Shown: positions 29,291 to 40,712, counted from the stretch's first letter. The stretch: 64,000 bases of DNA from Arenicellales bacterium (GCA_965116595.1 OZ220708.1:1460596-1524595); one strand, 5' to 3'. Notes: generated by a model not told the origin, from the sequence alone. Translations and numbers: made by a program.

Positions 29291-29311
29291 GTGTACACGA
29301 TGGATGTACAT
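29291..29311. promoter_or_regulatory. Twin 8-bp palindromes upstream of the RHH gene (candidate operator)
   Basis: 'GTGTACAC' (29291-29298) and 'ATGTACAT' (29304-29311) are each self-complementary and are separated by 5 nt. Confidence 0.3.
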
Positions 29312-29455
29312 TTGTGTATCCAAAATGTTCTTCAATTTCCCCAGTAGATCGACTCGGATGAATTTACGGTAGGTGTGTACGTCTTCAGACCAAGTTGGGT
29401 TGATTATTCAACAGTTACGTTGTATTAATTATGCGTTCTTTTCCCCATTCAAGTT

Positions 29456-30433
29456 CTATAGATGCCTCACGGTATATTTGTCTCCCAACAGCCGTATCAA
29501 TGCCTCTGACACGCAATGCCGGTGACACTGACCGGGCAGATGCTCATAACAGGTCAGCGCCACCCGCTTGCCCCTCACCACCCAATCGGAGATAATTCCG
29601 AGCGCTTCAGTCTGCCGGGGCAAAACATCCTGTTCATACTGCTCGAATAACCGGTCGTAGGATGCCTGTGTGGAAAGGTCTTTCCTCAGCCTGGAATCAA
29701 TACCTAGTTCAGGGATGTGCTCGTAGCGGACGCCCACGCCTTGGCAGCCCCTGGCCAGAGTGTTTTTCGAAAAGCCATACTTCCGGCTCAGGGCATTACG
29801 CCGCACATCGCAGAGTAAGGACACCCCATCTTCCAGCAGAATATTGAGATAAGCCTCCAGCGTGCGGCCTTCGTAACCGATGGTGACAATCCCCGGTTTG
29901 TCTTTCGGGGGGCGGGCTATCCAGATTTTTCTTATTGCCTTTGCATCGTCGCTTAGAACTTTTTCGACAATCTGGCTTTGAATACCGTAATAGGGATAGC
30001 GGCGATAGGTTTCTGCAATCAGGGCATTACCACGCAGGCGGCGGTATTGCTTAACGAAACTACGGATTGCGTCAGAGCTGGTACTTGTCGTCTCCGCAAT
30101 CTCATGGCCAGCAGCCGTCAATTCCCACGTTTCGTTGTCATCCGTTAACGGGTTTCGCTCCATCAACTTGCGGCGATCGGCGTAAGAAGTGAACGAAAAA
30201 GCCCCAAAACGGTAAGGAATAAATTCGTAACTCGGTTCTGCCTCAAATTCCCGGCAATAGAGGAACAGGAGTTTCTGGAAATCCAGATTGTTCACTTTGC
30301 CACCCAGTTCATTCAATAGGGCGACAAGAACTTTCTGGCGATTGAACAGGGAGTGATTAGTCTTCATTTCCATATTGTAACTTTTAACGAAGGCATGTTC
30401 GGCCAGGGCCTGATCGTATCCCGTCAGTTCCAT
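29456..30433 (-). CDS. DUF488-domain protein with ~170-aa N-terminal extension
   Basis: The C-terminal half 'IVTIGYEGRTLEAYLNILLEDGVSLLCDVRRNALSRKYGFSKNTL...VALTCYEHLPGQCHRHCVSEAL' is the DUF488 pattern. The N-terminal part ('LDFQKLLFLYCRE...IPYRFGAFSF') is reminiscent of DUF4065/SocA-like antitoxin domains. The ATG at 30433 is preferred. Confidence 0.6.
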   Translation of the reverse strand: MELTGYDQALAEHAFVKSYNMEMKTNHSLFNRQKVLVALLNELGGKVNNLDFQKLLFLYCREFEAEPSYEFIPYRFGAFSFTSYADRRKLMERNPLTDDNETWELTAAGHEIAETTSTSSDAIRSFVKQYRRLRGNALIAETYRRYPYYGIQSQIVEKVLSDDAKAIRKIWIARPPKDKPGIVTIGYEGRTLEAYLNILLEDGVSLLCDVRRNALSRKYGFSKNTLARGCQGVGVRYEHIPELGIDSRLRKDLSTQASYDRLFEQYEQDVLPRQTEALGIISDWVVRGKRVALTCYEHLPGQCHRHCVSEALIRLLGDKYTVRHL

Positions 30434-30768
30434 GCGGACCAAACCACCTTATTAAAAGTCGGCCATAACAATAGGGCTATTCATCCACAAATCCGTTAAT
30501 ATGCACAGGTCGCACAAAATCCGAATATTTCATCACGAATCCGAATTGTAGCCAGTAAAACCACTTCCAATTCGCGGCCTACCTAGACTACAATCTCCTC
30601 GCCTTGATACAGACCGCCCTCAAGGGAAGAGCCATTTCAAAAGGAACCAATGCAGGCTTATGCGCCCGACTCAAGCCCTGATCGGAAACGCAGTCCCCTG
30701 AATTTACAGATTCCGAGCTATTAAAACGGATATAGTACAGATCATCCATATAGAAAATAAGAAAACAG

Positions 30769-30921
30769 ATGACCGATCAGGACAGCTTCCATAAAAACCT
30801 CACTTTTTCGCAACGCCATGGTTACGAACCTCTTCCCAGTTCGATTCGGCTGGGGGAGCTATCGAATATTGTATATAGGTCATTTTCACTGAAATACGCA
30901 TCCCGACGAACACAGCCCTAA
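30769..30921 (+). CDS. 50-codon ORF abutting the druH-like start (possible N-terminal remnant of an Abi-type gene)
   Basis: 'MTDQDSFHKNLTFSQRHGYEPLPSSIRLGELSNIVYRSFSLKYASRRTQP'. Its TAA is immediately followed by the ATG at 30922. The 'FSQRHGYEP' opening resembles AbiJ-N-terminal-type proteins (from memory). It is too short for the ORF track. Confidence 0.3.
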   Translation: MTDQDSFHKNLTFSQRHGYEPLPSSIRLGELSNIVYRSFSLKYASRRTQP

Positions 30922-33900
30922 ATGTCACAGCAGATCGCCCCTTGGATTGAGGGATTCCTCGAACATCGTAATCTGGACGGTCCTGACGGACGCGCGCTCT
31001 ATGCGTACCGGTGTTCAAAAGAGGAATTCGACTCGCTTGCGAGCTTGCTCACGCATTGCCCTTCATACAACCGAACGGCCAACACTCCGGCCAGGGCCTT
31101 TGTCCTTTACGCGTCGGAGTGGTGGCAGCGTGAATACGACGGCGGTACCTGGGCTTGGGAGCCTCTCCTTGAGACTATCGGTTGGGAAGCCGTCCATTAT
31201 CCAGACTTATACGAGCCCGTGAAGCAGGCATGGACCTGGTGGAAAGTCGACCTCGTACGCCTCCCGACATCGATTCGATACCTCGGTACATTCGCCTGTC
31301 ATGGTGGCCTGCCCCTCGCCCTTCTGGGCGATACCCACAGCAGCGTCACGCGGTACCTCCGCGCGGTTCTCAAGCACATTGCCGACTTCCGACAGTTCGT
31401 CGACGATCCCATCGTTCTTGCTCAAGACCAACAACATCTCCTTCGGCCACCAACGTTGCGCCGTGACTACGTGTTTCGACTCGGTGCTGATTTGGTCGAA
31501 GCGGTACTCGAACTTCAAGACGACGCGCAGGGCGACGACCCCATTGGTACTCTCAACAATGCGCGTCCTGACTGGGAACGGACGATGCCGCTCGCGCTTG
31601 ACGACCAGCGTGCACAGGAATTGTTGACAAGCCTGCTTCGTGAAGCCGTTCGGAACCAAGCAGAGCCTGTAGTTGAATTCCGCGTTGAACGATTTCTGCG
31701 CCAAACGGGTAAGGGATGGCGATTGGGCGCAAGGATAAGGCTACCCGCGACCGTTTCGGCCGATTCACTTGCGCGTCAACTGAGGGTTCGTGTGAACGAT
31801 ATTCCAGCGCGGCTCCAAGTGCGCACGTATGGTGATGACTCACGGGCGATAGGCCTCTACGCCCAACAGGGTGACCAATTCGTGCTTCTTCGGGACGCAC
31901 GGTCTTCTACGGAATTGTGGGATATAGAAGCTGTCGGAGAGATTCGTGTCGAGTTCCATTCGGGAGGTGTAGTGGGCGAACCGATGCTTCCCGGACGCGG
32001 TAGTATCTTGGGCGAACTTCCATGGTCCTTTAGCGGAACCGACGACAATTCGTTCATCGGCGAGGGCAGCGTCGCAAGCCGCGCATCACGGATCTTCGTC
32101 TTGGTTCCCGATGGATATACGCCAGACCAAGGACAGGTGCTGACCTCTTCGGGGGGAGGTGAATTCGAAGTGTCCGACAAATCGACTTCGTTGCCGGTGC
32201 GGATTCTAGGCAGAGATCTTTGGGTGATCTCCAAGGAAACTACTATAGAAACAGAAAGTGGACGCTGTGTGATTCGTACGACTTCGGGGCACACGGCCAA
32301 CGAGGAATACAGATTATCGGGTTCGCGATTCTACGAGTTGGAATGCGCTTGGCCGTTGTTTCGGGGTCAGCCACGACTATACCTCGAAAGGTCAGAGCAG
32401 CCACCACGTCGCATTCCGGCCAAGGACGTGGAGTGGCGGCAGGGAGGAGGTGAGTGGCTTCCGGAACCTACAGGTCCTGGGTTGTGGGCAGCGCGGCACC
32501 TACGGTCAGGTGAGCTTCGTTTCTTCGGCCGAATGGGTATTCTTCCCAGCCGGTTCTCGTTCTCAATCAAACCCGGTTCGGACATCAGCCAAGGAGACTT
32601 CATATTGAACGACGCGGACTCCGTACGAGTGGCGGGAAGCAACGCAGACACCGTAGTATCAGCGGAAACAGCAGGCAACGCAGTTCGAGTGAAGGTGAAA
32701 GCCATGGATGCCAACAGCCCGCCCGTGCATGTGCGTCTACAATTGCATTGGCCTGGTTCTCAAAAGCTAAACGTTGAGGCACCCTTTCCCGGATTTGGGG
32801 GGCGGTTCATCCGCGAAGGCAGTCTCATCAACCATGACCTTGCCGTAGACGATCTGTATGGTATCCGCGCGATAGCGCTCTCGCCGCACGAAACGCAAGA
32901 ATTTTGGGTGGAAGGAGAACTCAAAGCACCCGATGCGGGTCGAATATTTCGTATTGCGTACTTCCGTGAGAAATTGCGCAATTCCGGGGTGACGCACGAA
33001 CTCCCGATTAGCGAAGTACGCCGAATGATCGACTTACTGCTTTCCGCGTCTTCATCTACAGATGCGCATGTTATCCTTCAGATCGTGGACCGACACAGAA
33101 ATGTACACGTAACGGTTCGGGTAAGACGATTCTCGGTGACGCTCAAATGCAACCCCGAGTTGAAACTGGTTTCCGTCTCTCCATCTCTCGACGGACGGAG
33201 CACACCCACATTTGAAGCGTATCCGCTCATCCGCCCAGGAGGTGATCCCATTACGCTTGAGTCTGTTGGTCCCGCCGAGGCTCCGTACGGGGCACTTCTG
33301 CCACAATGCCTGGATCGAGCCGAACCTTGGCTCATCGTGATGCGTCACGACGACCAGATTCGAGCACGTCCTTGCAGGATAGGTAATTCAAGTTCCCCAT
33401 CCACGCATGTTGGTTCCAACGGCGGCAATACTCAGTCGCTCGCCGAAGCATTGGCTGTCGAAGACGAGGAACTACGAATTCGGGACCTCGAAGCCGCAAT
33501 TGACAGGATACTTGGCAAGGAGGGTACGAAAAGCAACGAGGCAGAGTGGTCTTTTCTGACCAATTCTATTCTAGGAGTGGAAGGTTTGCCGGCGAGCGTC
33601 CTTGACCTCTTCAGAGTGTTGGTGAAGAAGCCAAAGTTCCTGGTCCGAAGCCTGTTTAGACTCGAGAGGGGTCCTCGCAAGCAAATTTGGCGCCTGGAAG
33701 ACGAGCTTCCGTTCAGTTGGCTCCTCGTAAGGCGTGAGGTCTGGTGGACTGAGGCCCTCAGAACAATCCAATGGTTACGAGAGCGACTCACGGGCGTCGT
33801 AGACAATCCCAGCCAAATTGCCCAGGAACATGTGGCATTGATCCTCGCGGAAGGCGCCGAACGACTTCCAGCTCTCCAGACAATAGCTACCGACGTCGCT

Positions 33901-34281
33901 CTGCGATTGGAAGGTGCGGGACTGAGTCAGGAGTTTGTTGAGGCTGTGCAGGGAGAACGAGACAACAAAACTCCCGGACAGATCAGTCTCAGAAGCAGCC
34001 TGGACGACTGGCCCAAAGGGTACGACCGCAAAGAGTGGGAGGACGAACTCGGCACGTTTCCGAAGAGCCTGTGTCAACACGCGGACGAACATCGTGCTCG
34101 GCAACCAATTTTTGACACTCCCGTGGCTGCCGCGTGGTGCTGTTTCAAAGGGGAGTCGACCGAGCGCACGACTTTTCTCGTTAAGCGCATCCGCGCGCAT
34201 GATCGTGAATGGTTTGATTTGGCGTACAGTACGACGTGGTTCAGACTCGCGCACATACAAGACAAAATGACGGAAAGGTAA
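30922..34281 (+). CDS. druH: Large uncharacterised protein, DruH-like partner of the DUF1998 helicase (Druantia type III-like)
   Basis: 1119-aa uninterrupted ORF with no recognisable catalytic motif. Its stop overlaps the ATG of the giant helicase gene by 1 nt (taATG). The assignment rests on size and gene context only. Confidence 0.5.
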   Translation: MSQQIAPWIEGFLEHRNLDGPDGRALYAYRCSKEEFDSLASLLTHCPSYNRTANTPARAFVLYASEWWQREYDGGTWAWEPLLETIGWEAVHYPDLYEPVKQAWTWWKVDLVRLPTSIRYLGTFACHGGLPLALLGDTHSSVTRYLRAVLKHIADFRQFVDDPIVLAQDQQHLLRPPTLRRDYVFRLGADLVEAVLELQDDAQGDDPIGTLNNARPDWERTMPLALDDQRAQELLTSLLREAVRNQAEPVVEFRVERFLRQTGKGWRLGARIRLPATVSADSLARQLRVRVNDIPARLQVRTYGDDSRAIGLYAQQGDQFVLLRDARSSTELWDIEAVGEIRVEFHSGGVVGEPMLPGRGSILGELPWSFSGTDDNSFIGEGSVASRASRIFVLVPDGYTPDQGQVLTSSGGGEFEVSDKSTSLPVRILGRDLWVISKETTIETESGRCVIRTTSGHTANEEYRLSGSRFYELECAWPLFRGQPRLYLERSEQPPRRIPAKDVEWRQGGGEWLPEPTGPGLWAARHLRSGELRFFGRMGILPSRFSFSIKPGSDISQGDFILNDADSVRVAGSNADTVVSAETAGNAVRVKVKAMDANSPPVHVRLQLHWPGSQKLNVEAPFPGFGGRFIREGSLINHDLAVDDLYGIRAIALSPHETQEFWVEGELKAPDAGRIFRIAYFREKLRNSGVTHELPISEVRRMIDLLLSASSSTDAHVILQIVDRHRNVHVTVRVRRFSVTLKCNPELKLVSVSPSLDGRSTPTFEAYPLIRPGGDPITLESVGPAEAPYGALLPQCLDRAEPWLIVMRHDDQIRARPCRIGNSSSPSTHVGSNGGNTQSLAEALAVEDEELRIRDLEAAIDRILGKEGTKSNEAEWSFLTNSILGVEGLPASVLDLFRVLVKKPKFLVRSLFRLERGPRKQIWRLEDELPFSWLLVRREVWWTEALRTIQWLRERLTGVVDNPSQIAQEHVALILAEGAERLPALQTIATDVALRLEGAGLSQEFVEAVQGERDNKTPGQISLRSSLDDWPKGYDRKEWEDELGTFPKSLCQHADEHRARQPIFDTPVAAAWCCFKGESTERTTFLVKRIRAHDREWFDLAYSTTWFRLAHIQDKMTER

Positions 34282-37200
34282 TGACTTCCACGGTCAGCAT
34301 TTCGAGCCTCATTCAGGACCTATCCACCCGTTCGGGCCGGGCCATTCTCTCCCAGCTTGGGCTTCGCTCTCCCGCGCTTCGCGAGTACTTAGGGAAGCTG
34401 TATGCACGGAGACCAGGAGAGCCTGGATCCCTTCTCTCGGATCCCGTCGTGGAAGCCGCATTTGGTTGGAAGGTCGCAGAGATGGATATGCTTGGTTTGT
34501 CCAGAGCCGGACTTCTACGAGAAGAACTTGTGCGAGCGATGAACGAACCAGCGGGCGAACTCCGCAAGGACTACAGATTTCCCGCCAACCGGAAACCATT
34601 CCAGCATCAACTCGAATGCTGGCAGCATCTCCTCGATGAGGTGCCTCGGTCGGTCCTGGTCTCAAGCGGTACGGGCTCTGGAAAGACAGAGTGCTTTCTG
34701 GTGCCAATTTTAGAGGATCTTGCCCGAGAGAGCCAGCACCGGACCCCTTACGGGCGTTCGTGCACTGTTCCTCTACCCGCTGAACGCTCTCATCAATAGT
34801 CAGCGCGACCGGCTTCGCGCCTGGTGCAACGGTTTCGGCAACGACATCCGATTCTGTCTCTACAACGGAGAGACGGAAGAGACGGTCTCAGCAGACCGAC
34901 AGATTAGAGCGGGCGCCGAACAGATCGCGCGCAAGGTCTTGCGCGATAGTCCCGCACCAATCCTCGTCACAAACTCGACGATGCTGGAATACATGCTCGT
35001 CAGGACGGAAGACCGGCCGATTCTTGAACAATCCCGCCGGAAGCTTCGGTGGATCGTTCTTGACGAGGCGCATACCTACATCGGCTCTCAGGCGGCAGAG
35101 ATTGCCCTCCTTCTGAGGCGCGTTCTGCACCGCTTCGAAATGGATCCGATGGACGTACGGTTCGTGGCCACGTCAGCAACGATCGGGGGTGAGAACGCTA
35201 GGGAGGATTTACAACGCTTCTTGGCGGATGTCTCTGGTGCGAGTCCAGACCGTGTCCATGTCGTGACCGGTGATCGCTTCGTTCCGGAACTCCCGCCTCC
35301 AGCCGGGGAGCTGCTACTCGAAAGCCTGGAGGGGCTGGAATCTGAGCCGCTGTATACCGCCCTTTGCCATCACCCAGGTGCAAGGGCTCTCCGAAAACGG
35401 TTGGAAGCGGGACCTGCCACACTTAAGGTGTTGGGGGAAACGGCAGGGGTCGACAGCAAGGCGCTCACCTCGCTCCTTGAGAAGGCATCGACGGCACGCC
35501 GGGAAGACGAAGTATTTCTGCCCGTTCGCATGCACTTGTTTCATCGCACGCAACGGGGCTTGTGGGCGTGCGCGAATGCAAAGTGTAGCGGTCGGGACCC
35601 GAGCATTGCAGACCGATGGAACTTCGGCGCCATATTCCCGAGCCGTAGGACTCACTGCAACCACTGCAACTACCCTGTGTTCGAACTTATTGCATGCCGT
35701 GAATGCGGACAGGATTATCTCTCGGCCCAAGAGGAGTACTCAGCCGAGGCTGATGAACAAAAGCTGGTCCCATACATTGAAGTCGAGGACATTGATGAAT
35801 TTCAACTTGAAGTTGACCTCGATGATTCAGAAGAGGGAGAAGACGAGGCTACAGACCTATTTCGCTTCCGCCGACTTGTCTGCAGCTCCACTCTCACCGC
35901 AAGCGACCTCCAGGAAGTTTGCATCGACCAAGACAATTTAATTCGAAGAGACGGAGAAGGAGTCTCCATTCTTCATCTCTCCGATTGGGTCCGGGGCAAA
36001 TTCCTGCGTTCGCTGCGGTGCGACCAACAGCCCGCGTCGGCTGTTCCGTGAGCTTCGGATCGGTGCTCCATTTGCATTGTCCACAATCGTTCCGACGGCG
36101 CTCGAACACACGCCTTCTATGAAAGGTGGAGAAGCCCTACCAAGCCAAGGGAGACGGCTTCTCGGATTCAGCGATTCTCGACAAGGCTCCGCACGTCTGG
36201 CGGTCAGGCTTCAACAGGAGGCAGAACGGAACCGAATCAGGAGCATCCTTTACCACGCGCTCGCTTCTGGAAGAAAGATTTCGGACACGACAGAACTGGA
36301 GAAGCAGGTAGCCAAACTAAATGCACTCAACGACCCCACATTGCGCGGGATTCTGGTAGAGAAGCAAGCAGAGCTCTCCAGAGCTCTCGGAGAGAGTGGA
36401 CACGGGACGCTCTCGTGGAAGGACGCCATCGACGCACTGAAGGGTGACTCCAGCCTTCAGCATATGCGCAAGTACTTCCGCGAGACTGCTTACAGCAACA
36501 GAACCCCGGAAGAATTCGCACGTTTCTGCCTGTACCGCGAGTTCTTTCGCCGTCCGAAGCGGATGAACTCGGCTGAGACCATGGGCCTCATCTGCCTCCG
36601 GTACCCGGACCTGGAGGGCAAGCCGGTGCCAAGGGAGTGGACGCTCGACAAAGAAGATTGGACTGCTTTCCTCAAACTCATCGTCGACTTCTTCATCCGC
36701 GACGTGAGTGCTGTAAACGACGACGACGACTACCTATGGTGGATGGGGATACCCGTAAGGAAACGGTATGTGCAAGGACCCGGGTTCCGAGGGAAACCAA
36801 CCAGCCGTCAGAGACTCTGGCCTGCGGTTCGGCCCAGGACGAGACTCTCACGACTTCCACGCCTCTTGCAGGCAGCTGCTGGGTGGGACGACACACAGGC
36901 CACTATCGACAGGATCAACGAAGCGTTTGAATGCGCGTGGGAAGCCTTGAGACCACATCTCCAGCAGGCAGGGGACGGGTTTCTGCTCAAGCTGGATGAG
37001 GTCGCAGTACTAAGCGAACTCTCTTCCGGAGAGATCTGTCCCTACACTTCGCGTGTACTTGATACGACCCTGAGAGGCATCTCGCCTTACCTACCGGCAC
37101 GCGGAGCGCCGGAGCCGTGCATAAAGTTTTCACCACCACTGGTTCCCAAGCCCTACTGGCGCGACGAGTCAGGTAGAGTGAGCGACCGGGACGAAATTAC

Positions 37201-40200
37201 CGTCTGGTTGGAAACGGACAAGAAAGTCAAGAAGGTACGTAAGCTCGGGGTTTGGTCGAACCTCAATGACAGAGCTGCGGCTAATACACCCTACTTCGAA
37301 GCAGCGGAACACTCTGCGCAGATCGACGGGGGACGCCTCCGCGATCTCGAAACGCGGTTCAAGGACGGCAAGCTTAACGTACTCAGCTGCTCAACAACCA
37401 TGGAGATGGGGGTCGATATCGGAGGGCTCTCAGCAGTCATCATGAACAACACGCCCCCGAGCTCGGCAAACTATCTCCAGCGTGCCGGCCGCGCTGGGCG
37501 TCGCGGCGAAGGCGTTTCCTTTGCGGTCACTCTCTGCCCGAGCTCCCCACATGGTGAACAGGTGTTCGAGAATCCACTATGGCCCTTCACGTCGTCAATT
37601 GGCGCGCCGAAGGTGGGCTTGGACAGCGAGCGCCTAGTACAAAGACATGTGAATGCGCTTTGCCTGGGTACATTCCTCGACACGTACGACGTCCGGCGAC
37701 TCAGGACACGCTGGTTTTACGAAAGTGATGAAACAGGTACAAGTCCGGGGAGACAGTTCGTCGAGTGGTGCCGTCTCGAGGCAGAGGAAAACGATAGGCT
37801 TGTCTCGGGCATCAGGAATCTGGTTCATGGCACCACCGCAGATATGCGCTCGGTGTCCGGGCTTCTTGAACGCACCGCGAATGCACTGGACACAGCCATG
37901 GATGCGTGGCTATGTGAAGTCGAAGCCTTGCGAAAGGATGCGGAGCAGTTCGAAGCAGATGAAAAGACCCGTCCTCCCGCGCTCCTCGCGATCGAGCGCC
38001 AACTGCGGCGCCTTGAGGAGGAGTATCTCCTGAGTGAACTCGCGAACCGCCAGTTCCTTCCCGGCTATGGATTCCCCACTGGTGTCGTTAGCTTCATTCC
38101 GACGACGCTGGATGATCTCAGGCAGAGGAACAAGGATCGGGAGAGCCGAGAAGAAGCACTGGGCAAGAGGTTAGGCTACCCATCGCGCCAGTTGGAAATG
38201 GCAATTCGAGAGTACGCGCCAGGCGCTGAAATTGTGATGGACGGTCGCGTGTACCGCTCTTCAGGAGTCACACTAAATTGGCACATCCCGCCGGGGGTCG
38301 ATAACACGAACGAGGTACAGGCCCTTCGACATGTGTGGAGATGCCGAAAGTGTGGTATCACAGGTGATGCCATCGGGGAATCGCCAGAGAGGTGCCCGCA
38401 CTGTGAAGGCTCACTTGATAAGGTGAAATACCTCAAGCCAGCGGGATTTGCAGTCGATATTCGGGACCACCCGCACAACAATGTTGTCTCCCCCATGTTC
38501 ATACCGGTAGACCCGCCCTGGATCAGCTGTCCGACTCCTGATTGGACATCCTTTGCCAATCCGCAGATAGGTAGATTTCGGTACACCGACTCTGGGCACT
38601 TGTTTCATGGAAGTCGGGGTGTGACAGGCCACGGTTACGCCGTATGCCTCAGGTGCGGCCGGGCTACCTCGGAAGTGGGCCCCATGTTTGAAACCAAAGT
38701 ACCGGAAGCGGTTCAGGAAGGCCACACCCGCCTCAGAGGCGGAAAGAAGCGCGACGGCACCGATCTTTGCAATGAAACCGGTTTCGCGATCCAGCGGGGA
38801 CTCTCGCTCGGTGGGAGTCGCACAACTGATGTCTTCGAACTTCAGCTAGCAGGTCTGGTGGATTCCGGAGTTGCTCTCTCGGTAGGTATCGCTCTGCGGC
38901 GCGCGTTTTGCCAGCGCCTCGGGATTGAAGAACAGGAAGTGGGGGTTAGTGTGCGTCCCGCCAAGGGAGCAGACGAGTCTGTCCTTCAGTCCATTTTTCT
39001 CTACGATTCCGCAACTGGCGGAAACGGCTACGTCGCCGGGTTGTGTGATCACGTTGCCCAAGCACTACGGGAGTGTGTACTGGTCCTTGACTGTGCCAAG
39101 AACTGCGACGCTGCCTGCCACAGCTGCCTCCTCACCTTTGACACCCAGTACGATTCGGCCAAATTGGATCGACGCAAGGGTCTCGCGTTTCTCACAATAG
39201 AGCGCCTCGATGGGCTCGTGCTTCAAGAACATAACCGGATTCTAGGGGAGAACTCTCGGATACTCACACGCCCGTTGTACCGGCATTTGGCGGAGGTCTC
39301 GGCAGAGCCCGGCGTAGAGGAAGTCCGGATCTGGTTCGGTGACGAAGCCGACGTTTGGGATGTGGAAAACTTCCCCCTCTATCGACATTTTCTGCGTTGG
39401 GTAGATAACGGGCAACGCGTTCGCTTGTTTGTGACACCGGATACCTGGACTCGACTCAGCGATGGGAGCCGCCACGCTCTAGGTGGCTTGGTTACTGGGG
39501 GACAGGGAAACATAACAGTACATCGGGCAGAAGGGCCTACCACAGAATACGGCTGCGGGGCCCTAGTGGCCGCTGTGGGAGGACCAGAGAAATGTGTCAA
39601 TTGGGCCGTTCCTTGTAGACACTGGCCAGCAATGAACGAGGTGTGGGGACAACTCCCCGCGGGAGAAGTCTGCGTCTATGCACCACTTGACGAGCGACTG
39701 CCAGAGGTTCTAACTGCTGAGGTGACGAACAAAGAACTTCGCCCGCGACCCGAAGGTACCGAGGCAATCCTTCCGGTCCGGGATGAACTGAACGGCCGCA
39801 TAGAAGGGTTTGGTTCGCGATTCTGGACCCACGTGCTAGGCAAGTGCGGGGCACTTGAGAACGAATTCAAGCGACAAGGTACTCTGACGCGGGTGAGTTA
39901 TACCGACCGGTATATCGCAACACCCTGGGCCGTATTGCTGTTTCGGGAAATCCTGCTCGAACTGGTACGCGTTGGTCTCGTCGATACGGGTACCACGTTG
40001 CAGGTCCTCTCGAAGGACTTGAACAAACACTATCGTGTTGGGCGACCGGGCGGCTATATCACTGACTCGTTTCTGGACGAAGCAACGCGAAAGAGACTAT
40101 TCGAGACCGCATTCGAATCCGGACGAGGGAGCTTGTGCTGGAGTGGTCCGATCGAGTTCGAGACTGGACCCGCACCTCACTTCCGGGAGCTTGCGCTAGA

Positions 40201-40405
40201 GTGGGAGGACGGCGCCGCATGGTCACTGAAGCTTGATCAGGGGGTAGGCTACTGGCGTTGTCGTCCATCCGCCGAGTTCCCGTTTAACCGGGTTCCAGAT
40301 GAGCAGTTACGACGCATGAACGAAATCGCGAAGTGCCACCGCGTGGTGTCCCAAGGCATCTTCCCAACCTACATCTATGTTGCGAAGGGTACTGCCACGC
40401 AGTAG
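34281..40405 (+). pseudogene. druE: Giant DEAD/DEAH helicase fused to DUF1998 (DruE-like), split over three reading frames
   Basis: The segments are 34281-~34745, ~34745-~35990 and ~35990-40405. Motif I is 'SSGTGSGKTECFLVPIL', Ia is 'ALFLYPLNALINSQ', and II is 'IVLDEAHTY'. There are Zn-ribbons ('CSGRDP...CNHCNYP...CRECG', 'CVRCG'). Helicase-C is 'VLSCSTTMEMGVDIGGLSAVIMNNTPPSSANYLQRAGRAGRRG'. The DUF1998 cysteines are 'CRKCG...CPHCEG', 'CLRCGRA' and 'CAKNCDAACHSCLLTFDTQY'. Two +1 frame changes lie at a C4 run (34744-34747) and near a G4 run (~35992). Confidence 0.7.
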
Positions 40406-40429
40406 TGGAAAAACCGGAAAAGGGAGGAG

Positions 40430-40565
40430 GGTGGTAATCATCCTGACGGATCGGGGTACAGAGTACTGTGGACATGCTGAAAGCCACGATCACCTACTAT
40501 ACCTGGTCATCAACGACATTGATCACAGCAAAACCAAGGCCAAATTGCCCCAAACCAACGGCTGA
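40430..40565 (+). pseudogene. IS481-family transposase internal fragment
   Basis: 'VVIILTDRGTEYCGHAESHDHLLYLVINDIDHSKTKAKLPQTNG*' is an rve-domain segment truncated on both sides. Confidence 0.6.
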
Positions 40566-40712
40566 ATCCCCCCGAGTATTCCGGATACTCGGTTGTTTGA
40601 GTCGAGCCATCATGGCTGACTCTTCAAGCTGTCGATAATACATCATTTCATATTCAGCCGACGGCACATCGCCGATCGGTTCAAGTAGACGGCGATTGTT
40701 AAACCAGTCCAC
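40566..40712 (-). pseudogene. IS3-family transposase C-terminal fragment
   Basis: Minus-strand 'VDWFNNRRLLEPIGDVPSAEYEMMYYRQLEES' is a typical OrfB C-terminus. No upstream catalytic domain is present. Confidence 0.55.

Noticed and set aside
34744-35995. Programmed frameshifting as the explanation for the two DruE breaks
   Set aside because: Neither site has a slippery heptamer or stop-codon context, and the zero frame continues for many codons after the shift point. A simple indel or a homopolymer sequencing error is the more economical explanation.
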